From an uncultured Verrucomicrobiae bacterium (GTDB lineage: Bacteria; Verrucomicrobiota; Verrucomicrobiia; Chthoniobacterales; JAFAMB01): DNA of 64,000 nt. How positions within the stretch are numbered: position 1 is the stretch's first letter; each line of letters opens with the position of its first letter. The notes under the pieces were generated by a model, which saw nothing but the letters and a program-made list of their open reading frames with translations, did not search any database and was not told where the DNA came from. Position numbers and translations under genes: made by a program. The stretch lies in NCBI GenBank assembly GCA_963837955.1, contig CAWIPH010000002.1, positions 2,560,001 to 2,624,000 of the forward strand, written 5' to 3'. This document shows positions 51,132 to 60,953 of this stretch, in pieces.

Positions 51132-51563
51132 GGGGTCACTCCTCCGTTTGTAAAAAATTGTACGCTAAGGGGCAAAGTCGGGAAGCGGTTGGCTCCGAAG
51201 TGGACGCAGCTTTCGATATCGCCGGGGTCTGCGCTCACCTGCGCAGCGATCCAACGCAGCATCGTCGCCGGAATTCGTTCCTCCGGCGTCCACGCCCATC
51301 CCGGATGGCGTAAAAAGCACAGTTGTACCGCTATTCCAAGCCGGTTGCTATTGGTCCTGTGAGCGCCGATGAATTCCAAATCGCTCGGCCTGAAGCGGTA
51401 GCGCTCTTCGAGCTCACGAAGGCCGGTCGGTAACGCTAGCAACTGCACTCTCTGAGCCCTGGAGAGAAGCTCGCGCCGCTTACTCGTGTTTGCCTCCAAG
51501 AGGCCATCTTATTCTAGTAACAGACCCTTAGCGTACAATTTTTACAAACGGAGGAGTGACCCC
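51132..51563 (-). mobile_element. Miniature non-autonomous Tn3-family element carrying a tnpA 5' fragment (DUF4158)
   Basis: 38/37-bp terminal inverted repeats GGGGTCACTCCTCCGTTTGTAAAAAATTGTACGCTAAG at 51132-51169 and 51527-51563; internal ORF with NRLGIAVQLCFLRHPG. Confidence 0.9.
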
Positions 51564-51569
51564 TGGTTC

Positions 51570-51795
51570 GGTATTCAGAATCCTTTGAACACGACGTAGA
51601 GGAGCTTGTAAGTCGAGCTCGGGAATTAGGACTGGAAGGTTTGGTCGCAAAGCGCCGAGGCTCCCAGTATCAGGCGGAAAGGCGTAGCGGCGTATGGCTC
51701 AAGCTCAAGCTTCAACAAGAGCACGATTTCGTTATCGGTGGATACACCGAACCGGAAGGATCTCGGAAGTATTTTGGTGCGTTGCTTGTGGGGGG
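51570..51795 (+). pseudogene. ATP-dependent DNA ligase (LigD-type) internal fragment
   Basis: GLEGLVAKRRGSQY..RRSGVWLKLK....[20 protein letters not shown]. Confidence 0.85.
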
Positions 51796-51809
51796 TAGCC
51801 CAACAAAGG

Positions 51810-52038
51810 TAATGCTTGGCAACTCGTCATGACCGCCAGCCTCCAGCAAGAGCACGTGCAAACTGAGATTTTCCGCCAGCCGCCGGGCTACCACTGAACC
51901 GGACGAACCCGACCCACAGACAATGAAATCGTAATTCGGTTTCAGTTCAGACGCGAGTTTCTGTTGATTAGTCCGGACGCGTTCCGCAAGATTGCTGTCA
52001 GCACCATCCGGTTGCGGATTCTGATTTGTAGTGCTCAT
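51810..52038 (-). pseudogene. GMC oxidoreductase N-terminal fragment
   Basis: [30 protein letters not shown] is nearly identical to the start of 55180-56823; truncated by the ligase fragment. Confidence 0.85.
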
Positions 52039-52238
52039 AAATTGTGTTGTTGCTTAGTGCCTAAACAACGACTGGTTTTTGAATACGCATAGCTAAAGGC
52101 CAGGATCGCAGATATCAGCCAGTTTCTGTTCCAGCTGCCGGAAGTTCTTTCCGAATTGCGCATCGCGAGTCCAGTGTTTAGCCGGCAGGCTTATTAAGAA
52201 GCGCGTCTGCGACGAAAGTTTCGGAACAATCCCTTCTC

Positions 52239-52275
52239 GGACAGCAATTACGGCGCTTGAGACAAAAACGGCGGG
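52239..52275 (+). promoter_or_regulatory. Conserved 21-bp-period motif copy (putative AraC site) upstream of the SDR-AraC operon
   Basis: GGACA GCAAT TACGGC GCTTG AGACA AAAACGGCGGG. Confidence 0.72.
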
Positions 52276-52339
52276 AGCCCTGAAATTTGGCGTCTACTAC
52301 TTCCTGTCTGTAACTCCTTCGGATACCGAAGAAAAAGAT

Positions 52340-53107
52340 ATGTCATCGAAAAATTTATTTGATCTAAGTGGACGTGTTGCTGTGGTAACCGGCGGGAATG
52401 GCGGGATCGGTCGCGGGATTGCCTTGGGCTTGGCTCAAGCGGGCTCCGCAGTTGCGGTTCTGGCCCGCAACGAAGAAAAAAACCAGCGCGTGGTAGGCGA
52501 ACTTGAGGCCCTGGGTGTCCCTGCGGTCGCTGTGAAAACCGATCTGGCCGACCGCTCGCAATTACCGGCTGTCCTCCAAGAAGTCGAGAACAAGCTGGGG
52601 CCAATCAATATTCTGGTCAACAATGCCGGTATAGCTGTTCTGGGCGGTGTCCTCGAGCTTAATCCCGCGGACTGGGACCGGGTGTTTGAAACCAATGTGA
52701 ACGCTTGTTTCCTGCTTTCGAAACTCGTGGCCCGCTCAATGGTTCAACAGGGTCGAGGAAAAATTATCAACATCGCCAGCGAACTAGCCCTGTTCGGCTC
52801 AGAACACGTTCCATCTTACAGCGCCTCCAAGGGTGCTTTGGTGCAACTCACAAAATCCACGGCAATCGAACTCGCAAAATTCAATATCCAGGTAAACGCC
52901 ATCGCACCCGGGTTCATCGACACCGACATGGTAGCGCCCCTCAAGGAAATGCCAATGTACGACGACATCATCAAACGAACCCCGGCCGGCCGTTTTGGCG
53001 CGCCAGAAGAATGCGCAGGAACCGCCGTTTACCTAGCCTCGCACGCCTCCGATTTTGTAACCGGTACCACTCTTTACCTCGATGGCGGGTTCGCGATACG
53101 GCCATGA
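52340..53107 (+). CDS. SDR oxidoreductase (KduD/gluconate 5-dehydrogenase-like)
   Basis: TGGNGGIG, NNAG and YSASK motifs. Confidence 0.93.
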   Translation: MSSKNLFDLSGRVAVVTGGNGGIGRGIALGLAQAGSAVAVLARNEEKNQRVVGELEALGVPAVAVKTDLADRSQLPAVLQEVENKLGPINILVNNAGIAVLGGVLELNPADWDRVFETNVNACFLLSKLVARSMVQQGRGKIINIASELALFGSEHVPSYSASKGALVQLTKSTAIELAKFNIQVNAIAPGFIDTDMVAPLKEMPMYDDIIKRTPAGRFGAPEECAGTAVYLASHASDFVTGTTLYLDGGFAIRP

Positions 53108-54024
53108 CATTCGACTACGGTTCCGAAACACCGCCAAGGGAATTCGTAAACCCTCCGACTCTATTGAAGTCCATCGGGCTTCCTAGGGGTCAGGTGAAAC
53201 TCTTGAATTTCCGGGCGAAGCTTTCTGATGTGTGGCAGTGCGCGGATGCGTTGCCGCTGCACCACCCAAAGCAACATGTCGTGTGCCTCCACCACTTCAA
53301 GGAGCCAATGAAATTCGATCGAAGTTTAGACGGACGGACCAGACGGGAAATTACGGCCGAAGGGGACATTGCTTTCCTCCCCGCTGATGCACCGACCATG
53401 CTTCGTCCGGTTTTGAGCGATCAGCACCGGTTTTTGTCTTACAGCTATCTAATTGTCGAACCTGCCTATCTAGTAGAGATGGCGTTATCCAACGGAATCA
53501 GCCGCCAACTCGACTTCATACCAACATTTGCGACAGCTGATCCTCTGCTGCATGAAATCACCGCGGCTCTTACCATTCTATCAGCGATCCCGGACCCGGC
53601 GGAGCACCTCTTTATCGAAGCCATGCTGAACGCGGTATGTGCGCAAATTCTCCGCAACTACGCCGAAGTTCGATATCCGCTCTCTGGTCCGCCACGGCTG
53701 ACTAACGATCAACTACGTAGGGCACTCGAATATATCCATGCAAATTTAAGCGAATCTCTTGATCTGGGTTCGATTTCTCGAGCTGCCGGTTTGAGCGCGT
53801 TTCACTTTGCCCGCCTGTTCAAAGAGGCGACCGGAGAACCCCCTTTCCAGTTCGTAACTCGCACGCGAATGCAACGGGCAAAACAGCTTCTCCGCAAAAC
53901 TCGCCTGCCTATATTCGAAATCGCTAAGCGCGTTGGTTACCGAAAGCCAAGCCACTTTAGCGCCCGATTCCGGGTTGTTTGCGGATGTGGTCCGGATATT
54001 TACCGCCGAAGAGCTCAATTCTAA
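53104..54024 (+). CDS. AraC family transcriptional regulator (paralogue B)
   Basis: ATGA overlap with the SDR stop; AGLSAFHFARLFK and VGYRKPSHFS; closely similar to 48531-49487. Confidence 0.93.
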   Translation: MTFDYGSETPPREFVNPPTLLKSIGLPRGQVKLLNFRAKLSDVWQCADALPLHHPKQHVVCLHHFKEPMKFDRSLDGRTRREITAEGDIAFLPADAPTMLRPVLSDQHRFLSYSYLIVEPAYLVEMALSNGISRQLDFIPTFATADPLLHEITAALTILSAIPDPAEHLFIEAMLNAVCAQILRNYAEVRYPLSGPPRLTNDQLRRALEYIHANLSESLDLGSISRAAGLSAFHFARLFKEATGEPPFQFVTRTRMQRAKQLLRKTRLPIFEIAKRVGYRKPSHFSARFRVVCGCGPDIYRRRAQF

Positions 54025-54048
54025 CATTTCTCGGTAGACCCGAACGGC

Positions 54049-55026
54049 TCACGATTTGCTTTTGCTTTTCGACTCGGGAGCTGGGCGCGGCTTGCCCACT
54101 CGCTCCTGGTTCCCATCGTTTCCCGAATTTGTAAACTCTTTCAAGACTTTTACGAATTGTTGTGCCGCTGCAGGTAATTCTACCTGTTTGTTCCAGATCA
54201 CGAACACTTCAAACCTCCGCTTTGTTGTCTCCAAGAGTTGGAAATTAATTCCTTGCGGATGGGAGGTCACAGCGATCGCAGGCGCTAACCAAACACCTCG
54301 CCCTGCCGTCACCATGCTGACGATATCCTCCTTGGAGTTTGCGATCGCCTCAACGTGGGGTTCAAATCCAGCGATCTCCTGACAAAGCTCGTGAATCAAG
54401 TTTGCGTGTATAGGACTAACCTCGGGAGCAAAGGCTAGGAACCTGTCATTGCGAAAGTCCGTAAGCACTGGGGTGTGGTGGTTGGGAAAGCGGCGATGTG
54501 CTGAATAAATGATGCCGAAGGGTGATCGTAACAACAATTCGGTCGCCAGCAACTGACGAGTGTCTTCATCTACACCTTCGTCCAAATACCCTATTCCTAA
54601 CATAATTAATCCATCCAACAACGCCTCGGCCTGCGCGTGGGAATTCATGTGACTGACGGTCACCTCGACCAAAGGATACCGTGCGCGAAACGCGGCCAAC
54701 GCGCCCGGCAAAAACCTTTGCGTCAGTAAACCGATATTGCCGATCACCAGTCTGCCTCTTTCACCCTTCGCAACCTCCTGCGCCTGAGCTGCGGCCCTGC
54801 GAATGCTACTCAAGGCCTGACGTATACCGGACAGAAAAACTCGCCCCGCCTCTGTTAGCTCGATTTGCCGCGAGCTCCGTTTAAATAGTTTCATGCCCAG
54901 CTCACTCTCTAGATTAGCGATTTGCTGGCTGAGCGACGGGTGAGAAAGATGGAGGCGGTTGGCGGCGCGTCGAAAACTCAATTCCTCAGCAATAGCGACG
55001 AAATATTGAAGCTGTCGCAGCTCCAT
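54049..55026 (-). CDS. LysR family transcriptional regulator
   Basis: MELRQLQYFVAIAEELSFRRAA HTH. Confidence 0.95.
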   Translation of the reverse strand: MELRQLQYFVAIAEELSFRRAANRLHLSHPSLSQQIANLESELGMKLFKRSSRQIELTEAGRVFLSGIRQALSSIRRAAAQAQEVAKGERGRLVIGNIGLLTQRFLPGALAAFRARYPLVEVTVSHMNSHAQAEALLDGLIMLGIGYLDEGVDEDTRQLLATELLLRSPFGIIYSAHRRFPNHHTPVLTDFRNDRFLAFAPEVSPIHANLIHELCQEIAGFEPHVEAIANSKEDIVSMVTAGRGVWLAPAIAVTSHPQGINFQLLETTKRRFEVFVIWNKQVELPAAAQQFVKVLKEFTNSGNDGNQERVGKPRPAPESKSKSKS

Positions 55027-55036
55027 AGCGAGTTAC

Positions 55037-55055
55037 TGGTAGGTCAGTCCTACCA
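55037..55055. promoter_or_regulatory. Putative LysR recognition box
   Basis: Palindrome TGGTAGG-TCAGT-CCTACCA containing T-N11-A, between the divergent LysR and GMC genes. Confidence 0.65.
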
Positions 55056-55179
55056 CTGCGGCAAGAACTAATTAATCGTTGATTTCGGTGATCGGACCCA
55101 TTCTGTGCCAACGCTTCGATTGAGAGAATCAGACGAAGCCGGTCAAAACTGAGGTTTTCCAAGGGAATGCAGAAACTAT

Positions 55180-56823
55180 ATGAAAATTGATTCAAACATT
55201 GGCGCGAATCCTGAACCCGATGATCAAGGGCCGGATTTTGCCGAGCGGATAAAGGCAAATCAAACGAGGCTTAGATCTGCGCTCAAGCCATATTACGACT
55301 TTATCGTTTGCGGATCCGGCTCCTCCGGATCGGTAGTAGCGCGGCGGTTAGCTGAAAATCCAAATGTTAGTGTTTTACTGCTGGAGGCAGGCGGCGAGGA
55401 CGGCATCCCCGATGTGATGGAGGCTGCCCATTGGCCGCTGAACCTCGGGAGTGATCGGGATTGGAGCTTCCAAAGCCAACCTGATCCGGGTGTCAACGGT
55501 CGCTCGATTCCTTTGTCCATGGGCAAGGTCCTTGGCGGCGGATCGAGCATCAATGTGATGGTTTGGGCGCGCGGGCATAAGAACGATTGGGATTTCTTTG
55601 CAGCAGAAGCGGGAGATCCAGCCTGGAGTTATGAATCGGTACTTAGCATTTATCGCCGTATCGAAGACTGGCATGGCGCTCCAGACCCGAAATATCGGGG
55701 AACGGGCGGCCCGGTTTTTGTAGAGCCAGCTCCTGATCCTAACCCGATTGCTCCAGCCTTTGTGGAAGGAGCACGATTGCTGGGTATCCCAACCTTTGAA
55801 AATCAGAATGGCCGTATGATGGAAGGTAATGGTGGTGCTTCCATCGCGGATATTCGCGCTCGCCTTGGAAAACGGCAGTCTGTGTTCCGCTCGTATGTCT
55901 ATCCGTATCTGGATCGGCCTAACTTGACGGTTCTGACTTATGCGGCGGTGACGCGACTGACACTTGGGGGCAAACGAGTGACGGGTGTTGAGTTCTCCTA
56001 CGGCGGAAAAACCCACCGCGTTAGTGCGGGACTCGAGGTAGTCCTTTCGCTTGGCGCAATCCATACTCCTAAGCTGTTGATGCAATCCGGTATCGGAGAC
56101 CGAGCCGAGTTGCAGCGTCACGGAATCCCGATTGTGCAGCACCTACCCGGTGTTGGCCAGAACTTTCAAGACCACGTCGGTTTTGATTGCGTCTGGGAAT
56201 ATCCAAAGGCGCTACCGCCGCGGAACAACATGGGCGAGGCAACTTACTTTTGGAAGAGCGATTCTGGCCTGGATACTCCGGATTTGCAGACCTGCCAATG
56301 TGAGGTTCCAAAAGCGAGCCCGGAGAATATCGCTAGGTACGGTTTACCGGCGGCTGGATGGACATTGTTCGGAGGCGTTGTACGGCCCAAAAGCAGAGGT
56401 TCTCTTCGTCTGACCGGTCCCAATCCACTAGATCCCATTCGGATCGAAGCCAATTTCTTGTCTCACCCAGATGATCTGAAGGCCGCGATAGCCTGCGTAG
56501 AACTCTGCCGTGAAGTGGGCAACTCCATGCCACTTCGACCGTTTATCAAACGAGAGGTGATGCCGGGCAACCTGAAAGGTGCGGAACTGGAAGAGTTTAT
56601 TCGCAATTCCGCTATGACCTACTGGCATCAAACCTGCACCGCGAAGATGGGCCAGGGTCCCATGTCAGTGGTTGACGGAAACCTTCGGGTCTATGGAGTC
56701 GAGAGACTTCGTATTGCCGATGGGTCCATTATGCCACGCATAACGACCGGCAACACCATGGCTCCCTGCATCATTATCGGCGAACGTGCTGGAGAAGTAT
56801 TGAAAGCCGATCACAACATATGA
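55180..56823 (+). CDS. GMC family oxidoreductase (choline dehydrogenase-like)
   Basis: GSGSSG, GKVLGGGSSIN, GVGQNFQDH, WHQTCT and GNTMAP motifs. Confidence 0.95.
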   Translation: MKIDSNIGANPEPDDQGPDFAERIKANQTRLRSALKPYYDFIVCGSGSSGSVVARRLAENPNVSVLLLEAGGEDGIPDVMEAAHWPLNLGSDRDWSFQSQPDPGVNGRSIPLSMGKVLGGGSSINVMVWARGHKNDWDFFAAEAGDPAWSYESVLSIYRRIEDWHGAPDPKYRGTGGPVFVEPAPDPNPIAPAFVEGARLLGIPTFENQNGRMMEGNGGASIADIRARLGKRQSVFRSYVYPYLDRPNLTVLTYAAVTRLTLGGKRVTGVEFSYGGKTHRVSAGLEVVLSLGAIHTPKLLMQSGIGDRAELQRHGIPIVQHLPGVGQNFQDHVGFDCVWEYPKALPPRNNMGEATYFWKSDSGLDTPDLQTCQCEVPKASPENIARYGLPAAGWTLFGGVVRPKSRGSLRLTGPNPLDPIRIEANFLSHPDDLKAAIACVELCREVGNSMPLRPFIKREVMPGNLKGAELEEFIRNSAMTYWHQTCTAKMGQGPMSVVDGNLRVYGVERLRIADGSIMPRITTGNTMAPCIIIGERAGEVLKADHNI

Positions 56824-56884
56824 ACTAACCCGTTTGCAGTTAGATGAACTGTCCTCTGAACAAATCAGTAATTGATCACGCATT

Positions 56885-57982
56885 ATGGAAGCAGTTGAAA
56901 CCGTCTCTGCGCCGACCAACCGGTCGGTGAAGCGATCTATTTGGAAACGGGCACTAACTATTAGAGACTGGATGTTTTTAGTTGGCGCGCTCGTCAGCAT
57001 TATTAGCGGAGTGGCTTATTGCAACTATTTGAGCCGGTTCGAAGAAACCGATGATGCGTATGTTACCGGACATGAACATCCAGTTAGTTTTCGGGTGGCC
57101 GGAATCATCTCCGCAGTACTGGTCGATGATAACCAGTTATTGAAACAGGGGCAGCCGATTGCAACGTTAGATCCGAAAGACTACGAAGTGGCACTCTCTC
57201 AGGCCCGGGCAGATTTGGAAAGGGCTAGGGCTCAGCTTAGCCAGAGTCAGGCACAACGGGTCCAAGCCGCCGCGGAGTGGAGACAAGCAGAAGCCCAGGC
57301 GGACGCGGCAAAGGCGCAGTCGGTAAATGCCAAGCGAACCTTTCAGAGAAATTCGCAGCTCTTCTACGAAGGCAAAGGGGTAATTTCCAAGCAGGACCTG
57401 GACAACACTCAATACCAGTCGGACGGAAACGAGGCGTTATACGATGCGGCTTTGGCTGAGGTTAACGTGGCCAAAGCCAAGCTGGAAGTGACAAACGCTT
57501 TGGAAAAGGCTGCCATGGCACAGCTCAACAGTGCGGCGGCTGCAGTGCAGAACGGAGAGCTACAACTGTCTTACACGACGGTCTACGCACCGGCCGATGG
57601 GCGGGTCGCCCAGAAGAAGTTTGAGACTGGTCAACACGTGCAGGCCGGTCAGGTCGGGCTCTCATTAGCTGAACCCAACGTATGGGTTCTCGCCAACTAT
57701 AAAGAAAACCAGCTAGGCAGGATTCGTCCTGGCCAATCGGTGGAGATCCGTATCGATGCGATACCAAACCGAAAGTTTCAGGGGAAGGTCGACAGTTTTC
57801 AGTTCGGAACGGGCGCGGTCTATGCGCTACTGCCTCCCGATAACGCCACCGGTAATTTCACCAAGATCGTTCAGCGCGTCCCCGTAAAGATCGTCTTCGA
57901 CGCAGCTAGTGTTCGCGGATACGAGCAGCTGATTGTTCCGGGCCTTTCAGTCGGGCCAAAGATACGAGTGAAGTGGCAATAG
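56885..57982 (+). CDS. EmrA/HlyD family efflux adaptor
   Basis: ETDDAYV, ANYKENQL and PPDNATGNFTKIVQRVPV motifs. Confidence 0.95.
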   Translation: MEAVETVSAPTNRSVKRSIWKRALTIRDWMFLVGALVSIISGVAYCNYLSRFEETDDAYVTGHEHPVSFRVAGIISAVLVDDNQLLKQGQPIATLDPKDYEVALSQARADLERARAQLSQSQAQRVQAAAEWRQAEAQADAAKAQSVNAKRTFQRNSQLFYEGKGVISKQDLDNTQYQSDGNEALYDAALAEVNVAKAKLEVTNALEKAAMAQLNSAAAAVQNGELQLSYTTVYAPADGRVAQKKFETGQHVQAGQVGLSLAEPNVWVLANYKENQLGRIRPGQSVEIRIDAIPNRKFQGKVDSFQFGTGAVYALLPPDNATGNFTKIVQRVPVKIVFDAASVRGYEQLIVPGLSVGPKIRVKWQ

Positions 57983-58038
57983 GAGAATAGCAGGTAGTCG
58001 GAAAGAGAACAATTCGCATTAGAAAATGACCTCGTAAT

Positions 58039-59586
58039 ATGGCCTACGCTGAAGAACGGATAGCAGACTTTCGGACCTGGGTCGGAGTGGTTGGTACCAT
58101 GCTTGGCGCCTTTATGGCGATAGTCGACATTCATATAACCAATGCGTCGCTACGAGATATCACCGGAGGACTTGGTGTTACTTCAGACGAGGGTTCGTGG
58201 CTAGCGACGAGTTACTTAATTGGGGAAATCGTCACTATTCCGCTAACCGCCTGGCTGACCAGGGTCTTTAGCCTCCGCTGGTATTTGCTAGTCAATACCA
58301 CGTTATTTCTGGTTTTCTCGTGCTGCTGTGGCCTTGCTCGAGGTCTTGGTGAGATGATTCTGTTTCGGGCCTGCCAGGGTTTTACCGGTGGTGTTCTGAT
58401 TCCGATGGCGTTCACGGTTGCGCTCTCGACACTTCCTAAAAGCAAGCATCCGATCGGATTGGTCCTGTTTGGGATGGCCGCCACCCTCGCTCCTGCCATC
58501 GGACCGAGCGCTGGGGGATGGTTAACCAGTAACTATGGGTGGCCCTGGGTGTTCTACGTCAATCTGTTTCCGGGAGTGCTGACGCTCGGTTCAATCTTTT
58601 TCGCCATCGGGCCGGCTTCGCTCCAGCTGAATGAATTACGTGATGGCGATTGGCCTGGCATCGCTTGTATGGCAATTGGGCTCGGATCGCTCATCGCATT
58701 GTTGGAGGAAGGCCAGCGTGACGATTGGTTTGGCAGTCAGTTCATCCAATTTTGTACTGTCCTAGCTGCGATCTTCATTCCGGCCTTTGTCCTGATTGAA
58801 TTAGTGCGGAAAAAACCTTTCGTTAATCTTCGTCTTGCCGCCACCCGTAACCTGGGCGTCGCATCGGCAGCTAACTTTGGACTTGGGTTCGCGCTCTACG
58901 GCTCCGTCTATGTATTGCCCCAATATCTGTTCACCGTTCAAGGATACGATGCCCTCCAGACTGGACAAGCGATGATCTGGGTCGGTCTTCCCCAGGTTTT
59001 GATTTTTCCTTTCGTACCCCGCCTGATGAAGTGGCTGGATCTCCGCGTACTTGTTTTCTTTGGGACCGCCGTCTTTGCCTTCAGTTGCTGGCTAAATACT
59101 TCCATGACCCACGATTATGCGGGTGAGCAATTGGCCGTCGCTAATGTCGTTCGAGCGCTCGGACAACCGTTTACTATTGTACCCCTGTCGGCTTTGGCTA
59201 CCTCGTTCTTGGAACCTAAGCAAATCGGAGACGGGTCTGCCATCTTTAGTATTGCTCGCAATCTGGGAGGGAGCGTTGGGACCGCAATCCTTGAGACGAT
59301 CATTATTCGTCGCGAGCAATTTTATGATTTTGAAATCGGGCAGCAGGTTAACCCATTGCGATCGGTCGTAGCGGCACGTCTTCAGACTCTGACGGATACT
59401 TTTGTGAGTAAAGGCTATGATTACAGCACGGCGAATCTGCAAGCCTGGCTGCAAATCAAAAATATGGTGAGGCGCGAAGCGTATGTCATGGCTTTCAACG
59501 ACGCGTTTTTTGTACTCGGGATTTCCTTACTTGTTTGTGCAACCCTAGTCTGGTTCTGCAGGAGAAAGATCCGCTCCGCTACATAG
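58039..59586 (+). CDS. DHA2 family (EmrB-like) MFS efflux permease
   Basis: GAFMAIVDIHITN, LAPAIGPSAGG, WVFYVN and LEEGQRDDWF motifs. Confidence 0.95.
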   Translation: MAYAEERIADFRTWVGVVGTMLGAFMAIVDIHITNASLRDITGGLGVTSDEGSWLATSYLIGEIVTIPLTAWLTRVFSLRWYLLVNTTLFLVFSCCCGLARGLGEMILFRACQGFTGGVLIPMAFTVALSTLPKSKHPIGLVLFGMAATLAPAIGPSAGGWLTSNYGWPWVFYVNLFPGVLTLGSIFFAIGPASLQLNELRDGDWPGIACMAIGLGSLIALLEEGQRDDWFGSQFIQFCTVLAAIFIPAFVLIELVRKKPFVNLRLAATRNLGVASAANFGLGFALYGSVYVLPQYLFTVQGYDALQTGQAMIWVGLPQVLIFPFVPRLMKWLDLRVLVFFGTAVFAFSCWLNTSMTHDYAGEQLAVANVVRALGQPFTIVPLSALATSFLEPKQIGDGSAIFSIARNLGGSVGTAILETIIIRREQFYDFEIGQQVNPLRSVVAARLQTLTDTFVSKGYDYSTANLQAWLQIKNMVRREAYVMAFNDAFFVLGISLLVCATLVWFCRRKIRSAT

Positions 59587-59647
59587 CAGGCTACTCGACG
59601 TTGCCTTGCGACCCTAAAGTCCGCTTAGCGTCGCTAATTGTGAAGAG

Positions 59648-60928
59648 ATGAATCCCATTTTGAATGAAGTTTGTGTATCGGTAACAGCCGCTGTTACGCT
59701 GAGCCTTGTACCGGGTCTCCACTGGCATAGGCGTTTGTTTCGATTCGGGTGCGAACGAGGTACAGCGTTATGGATTTTTGCCGTGTTGGGATTGATAGAT
59801 GAAATTGCCGTCTCACGGCCCGGTTTTGTAAATGAGCGCATCGTGTTGGTCTGCGCAGCAGGTCTGTTATCGGGGCCGTGGGTAGGAACGGTGATAGGGC
59901 TATTTGTTGGCTGGTTGGCCGTTGCCATTCATAGTTTGCAGCTACCGGCGACGATGATCTATCTGTTGTGCGGAGGGTTGTCCGCGGGGTTGCTCAATCA
60001 GTGGCGCCCGAGGGTTGCAGCGCACCCGTTGACGGGATTCTGTCTGGCTTCTGGGATTTCATTTCTGCGCAGTTGGTTCGTGACCTTATTCGCTGCGGAC
60101 GAATCTATCGTGCGCGGCGTAATCGAGGAGATGGGTACGGCGGGCGTGCTGGGTTCAGGCACAGCATTAATCTTGGCTGTTATTGGGCGCGTGCATGAGC
60201 ATGAGAGGCAGTCTCAAGAGTTGGCCTTGGCGGAGACTCGCGCCCAGCAAACGCGCATGAATCCTCATTTTTTATTCAATGCCCTGAATACGGTGGCGGC
60301 TTTGGCCATGCTAGCGCCGAGTAAAGTGCCTCAGGCTACGGGTCGCTTACGGGAATTTCTTCGAGGTAGTTTCGACCAAGCGGAACGAACTCTGGTGCCC
60401 CTGCAAGAAGAGCTCGCGCTAGTGCGCGCCTATTTAGAAATCGAATCGCTGCGATATGGTAAGAAATTAACTGTCGAGCAGACAATTGATCCGGAGCTGT
60501 TGGAAGCGCTAGTACCGCCTTTTTCCTTCCAGCCTTTAGTGGAAAATGCGATCCAGCACGGGATTCGATCGTCCTCTGGATCTGGGCTGCTGCGACTTGC
60601 GATTCGCGCCATAGAACCGTGGCTAGAGATGAGCGTCAGCGATAACGGGCAGGGTGTGCATACGATGGAAGTCGAACGAGTTTTCTTTGCGGACCGGCAG
60701 CCGGTACATGCACTGGGCCTCTTACGCCGTCGACTGAGAGGATTGTTCGGCTGTTCGTTTCAGCTGGAGGCACATAGCGCGGTCGGAGAGGGGACGACGG
60801 TAGTCATGCGTATTCCGTTACAGACCGGAGACAAAGCTATAAGTAGGCAACGGAAACGATGGCTCGAAACTGTATTAAAATCATTAATAGGGGAGTCTAG
60901 CCATAAACTATTGGCTGGTACGCGATGA
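59648..60928 (+). CDS. LytS/YehU-type membrane sensor histidine kinase
   Basis: Multi-TM N-terminus; MNPHFLFNALN, QPLVENAIQHG and VSDNGQG motifs. Confidence 0.88.
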   Translation: MNPILNEVCVSVTAAVTLSLVPGLHWHRRLFRFGCERGTALWIFAVLGLIDEIAVSRPGFVNERIVLVCAAGLLSGPWVGTVIGLFVGWLAVAIHSLQLPATMIYLLCGGLSAGLLNQWRPRVAAHPLTGFCLASGISFLRSWFVTLFAADESIVRGVIEEMGTAGVLGSGTALILAVIGRVHEHERQSQELALAETRAQQTRMNPHFLFNALNTVAALAMLAPSKVPQATGRLREFLRGSFDQAERTLVPLQEELALVRAYLEIESLRYGKKLTVEQTIDPELLEALVPPFSFQPLVENAIQHGIRSSSGSGLLRLAIRAIEPWLEMSVSDNGQGVHTMEVERVFFADRQPVHALGLLRRRLRGLFGCSFQLEAHSAVGEGTTVVMRIPLQTGDKAISRQRKRWLETVLKSLIGESSHKLLAGTR

Positions 60929-60953
60929 TCAGAACCAAGGTCGGGATTTTTAT

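Noticed and set aside
52705..53103. 133-aa N-terminal extension of AraC-B in the ORF track
   Set aside because: It overlaps the SDR in another frame. Alignment to AraC-A and the ATGA overlap support a start at 53104.
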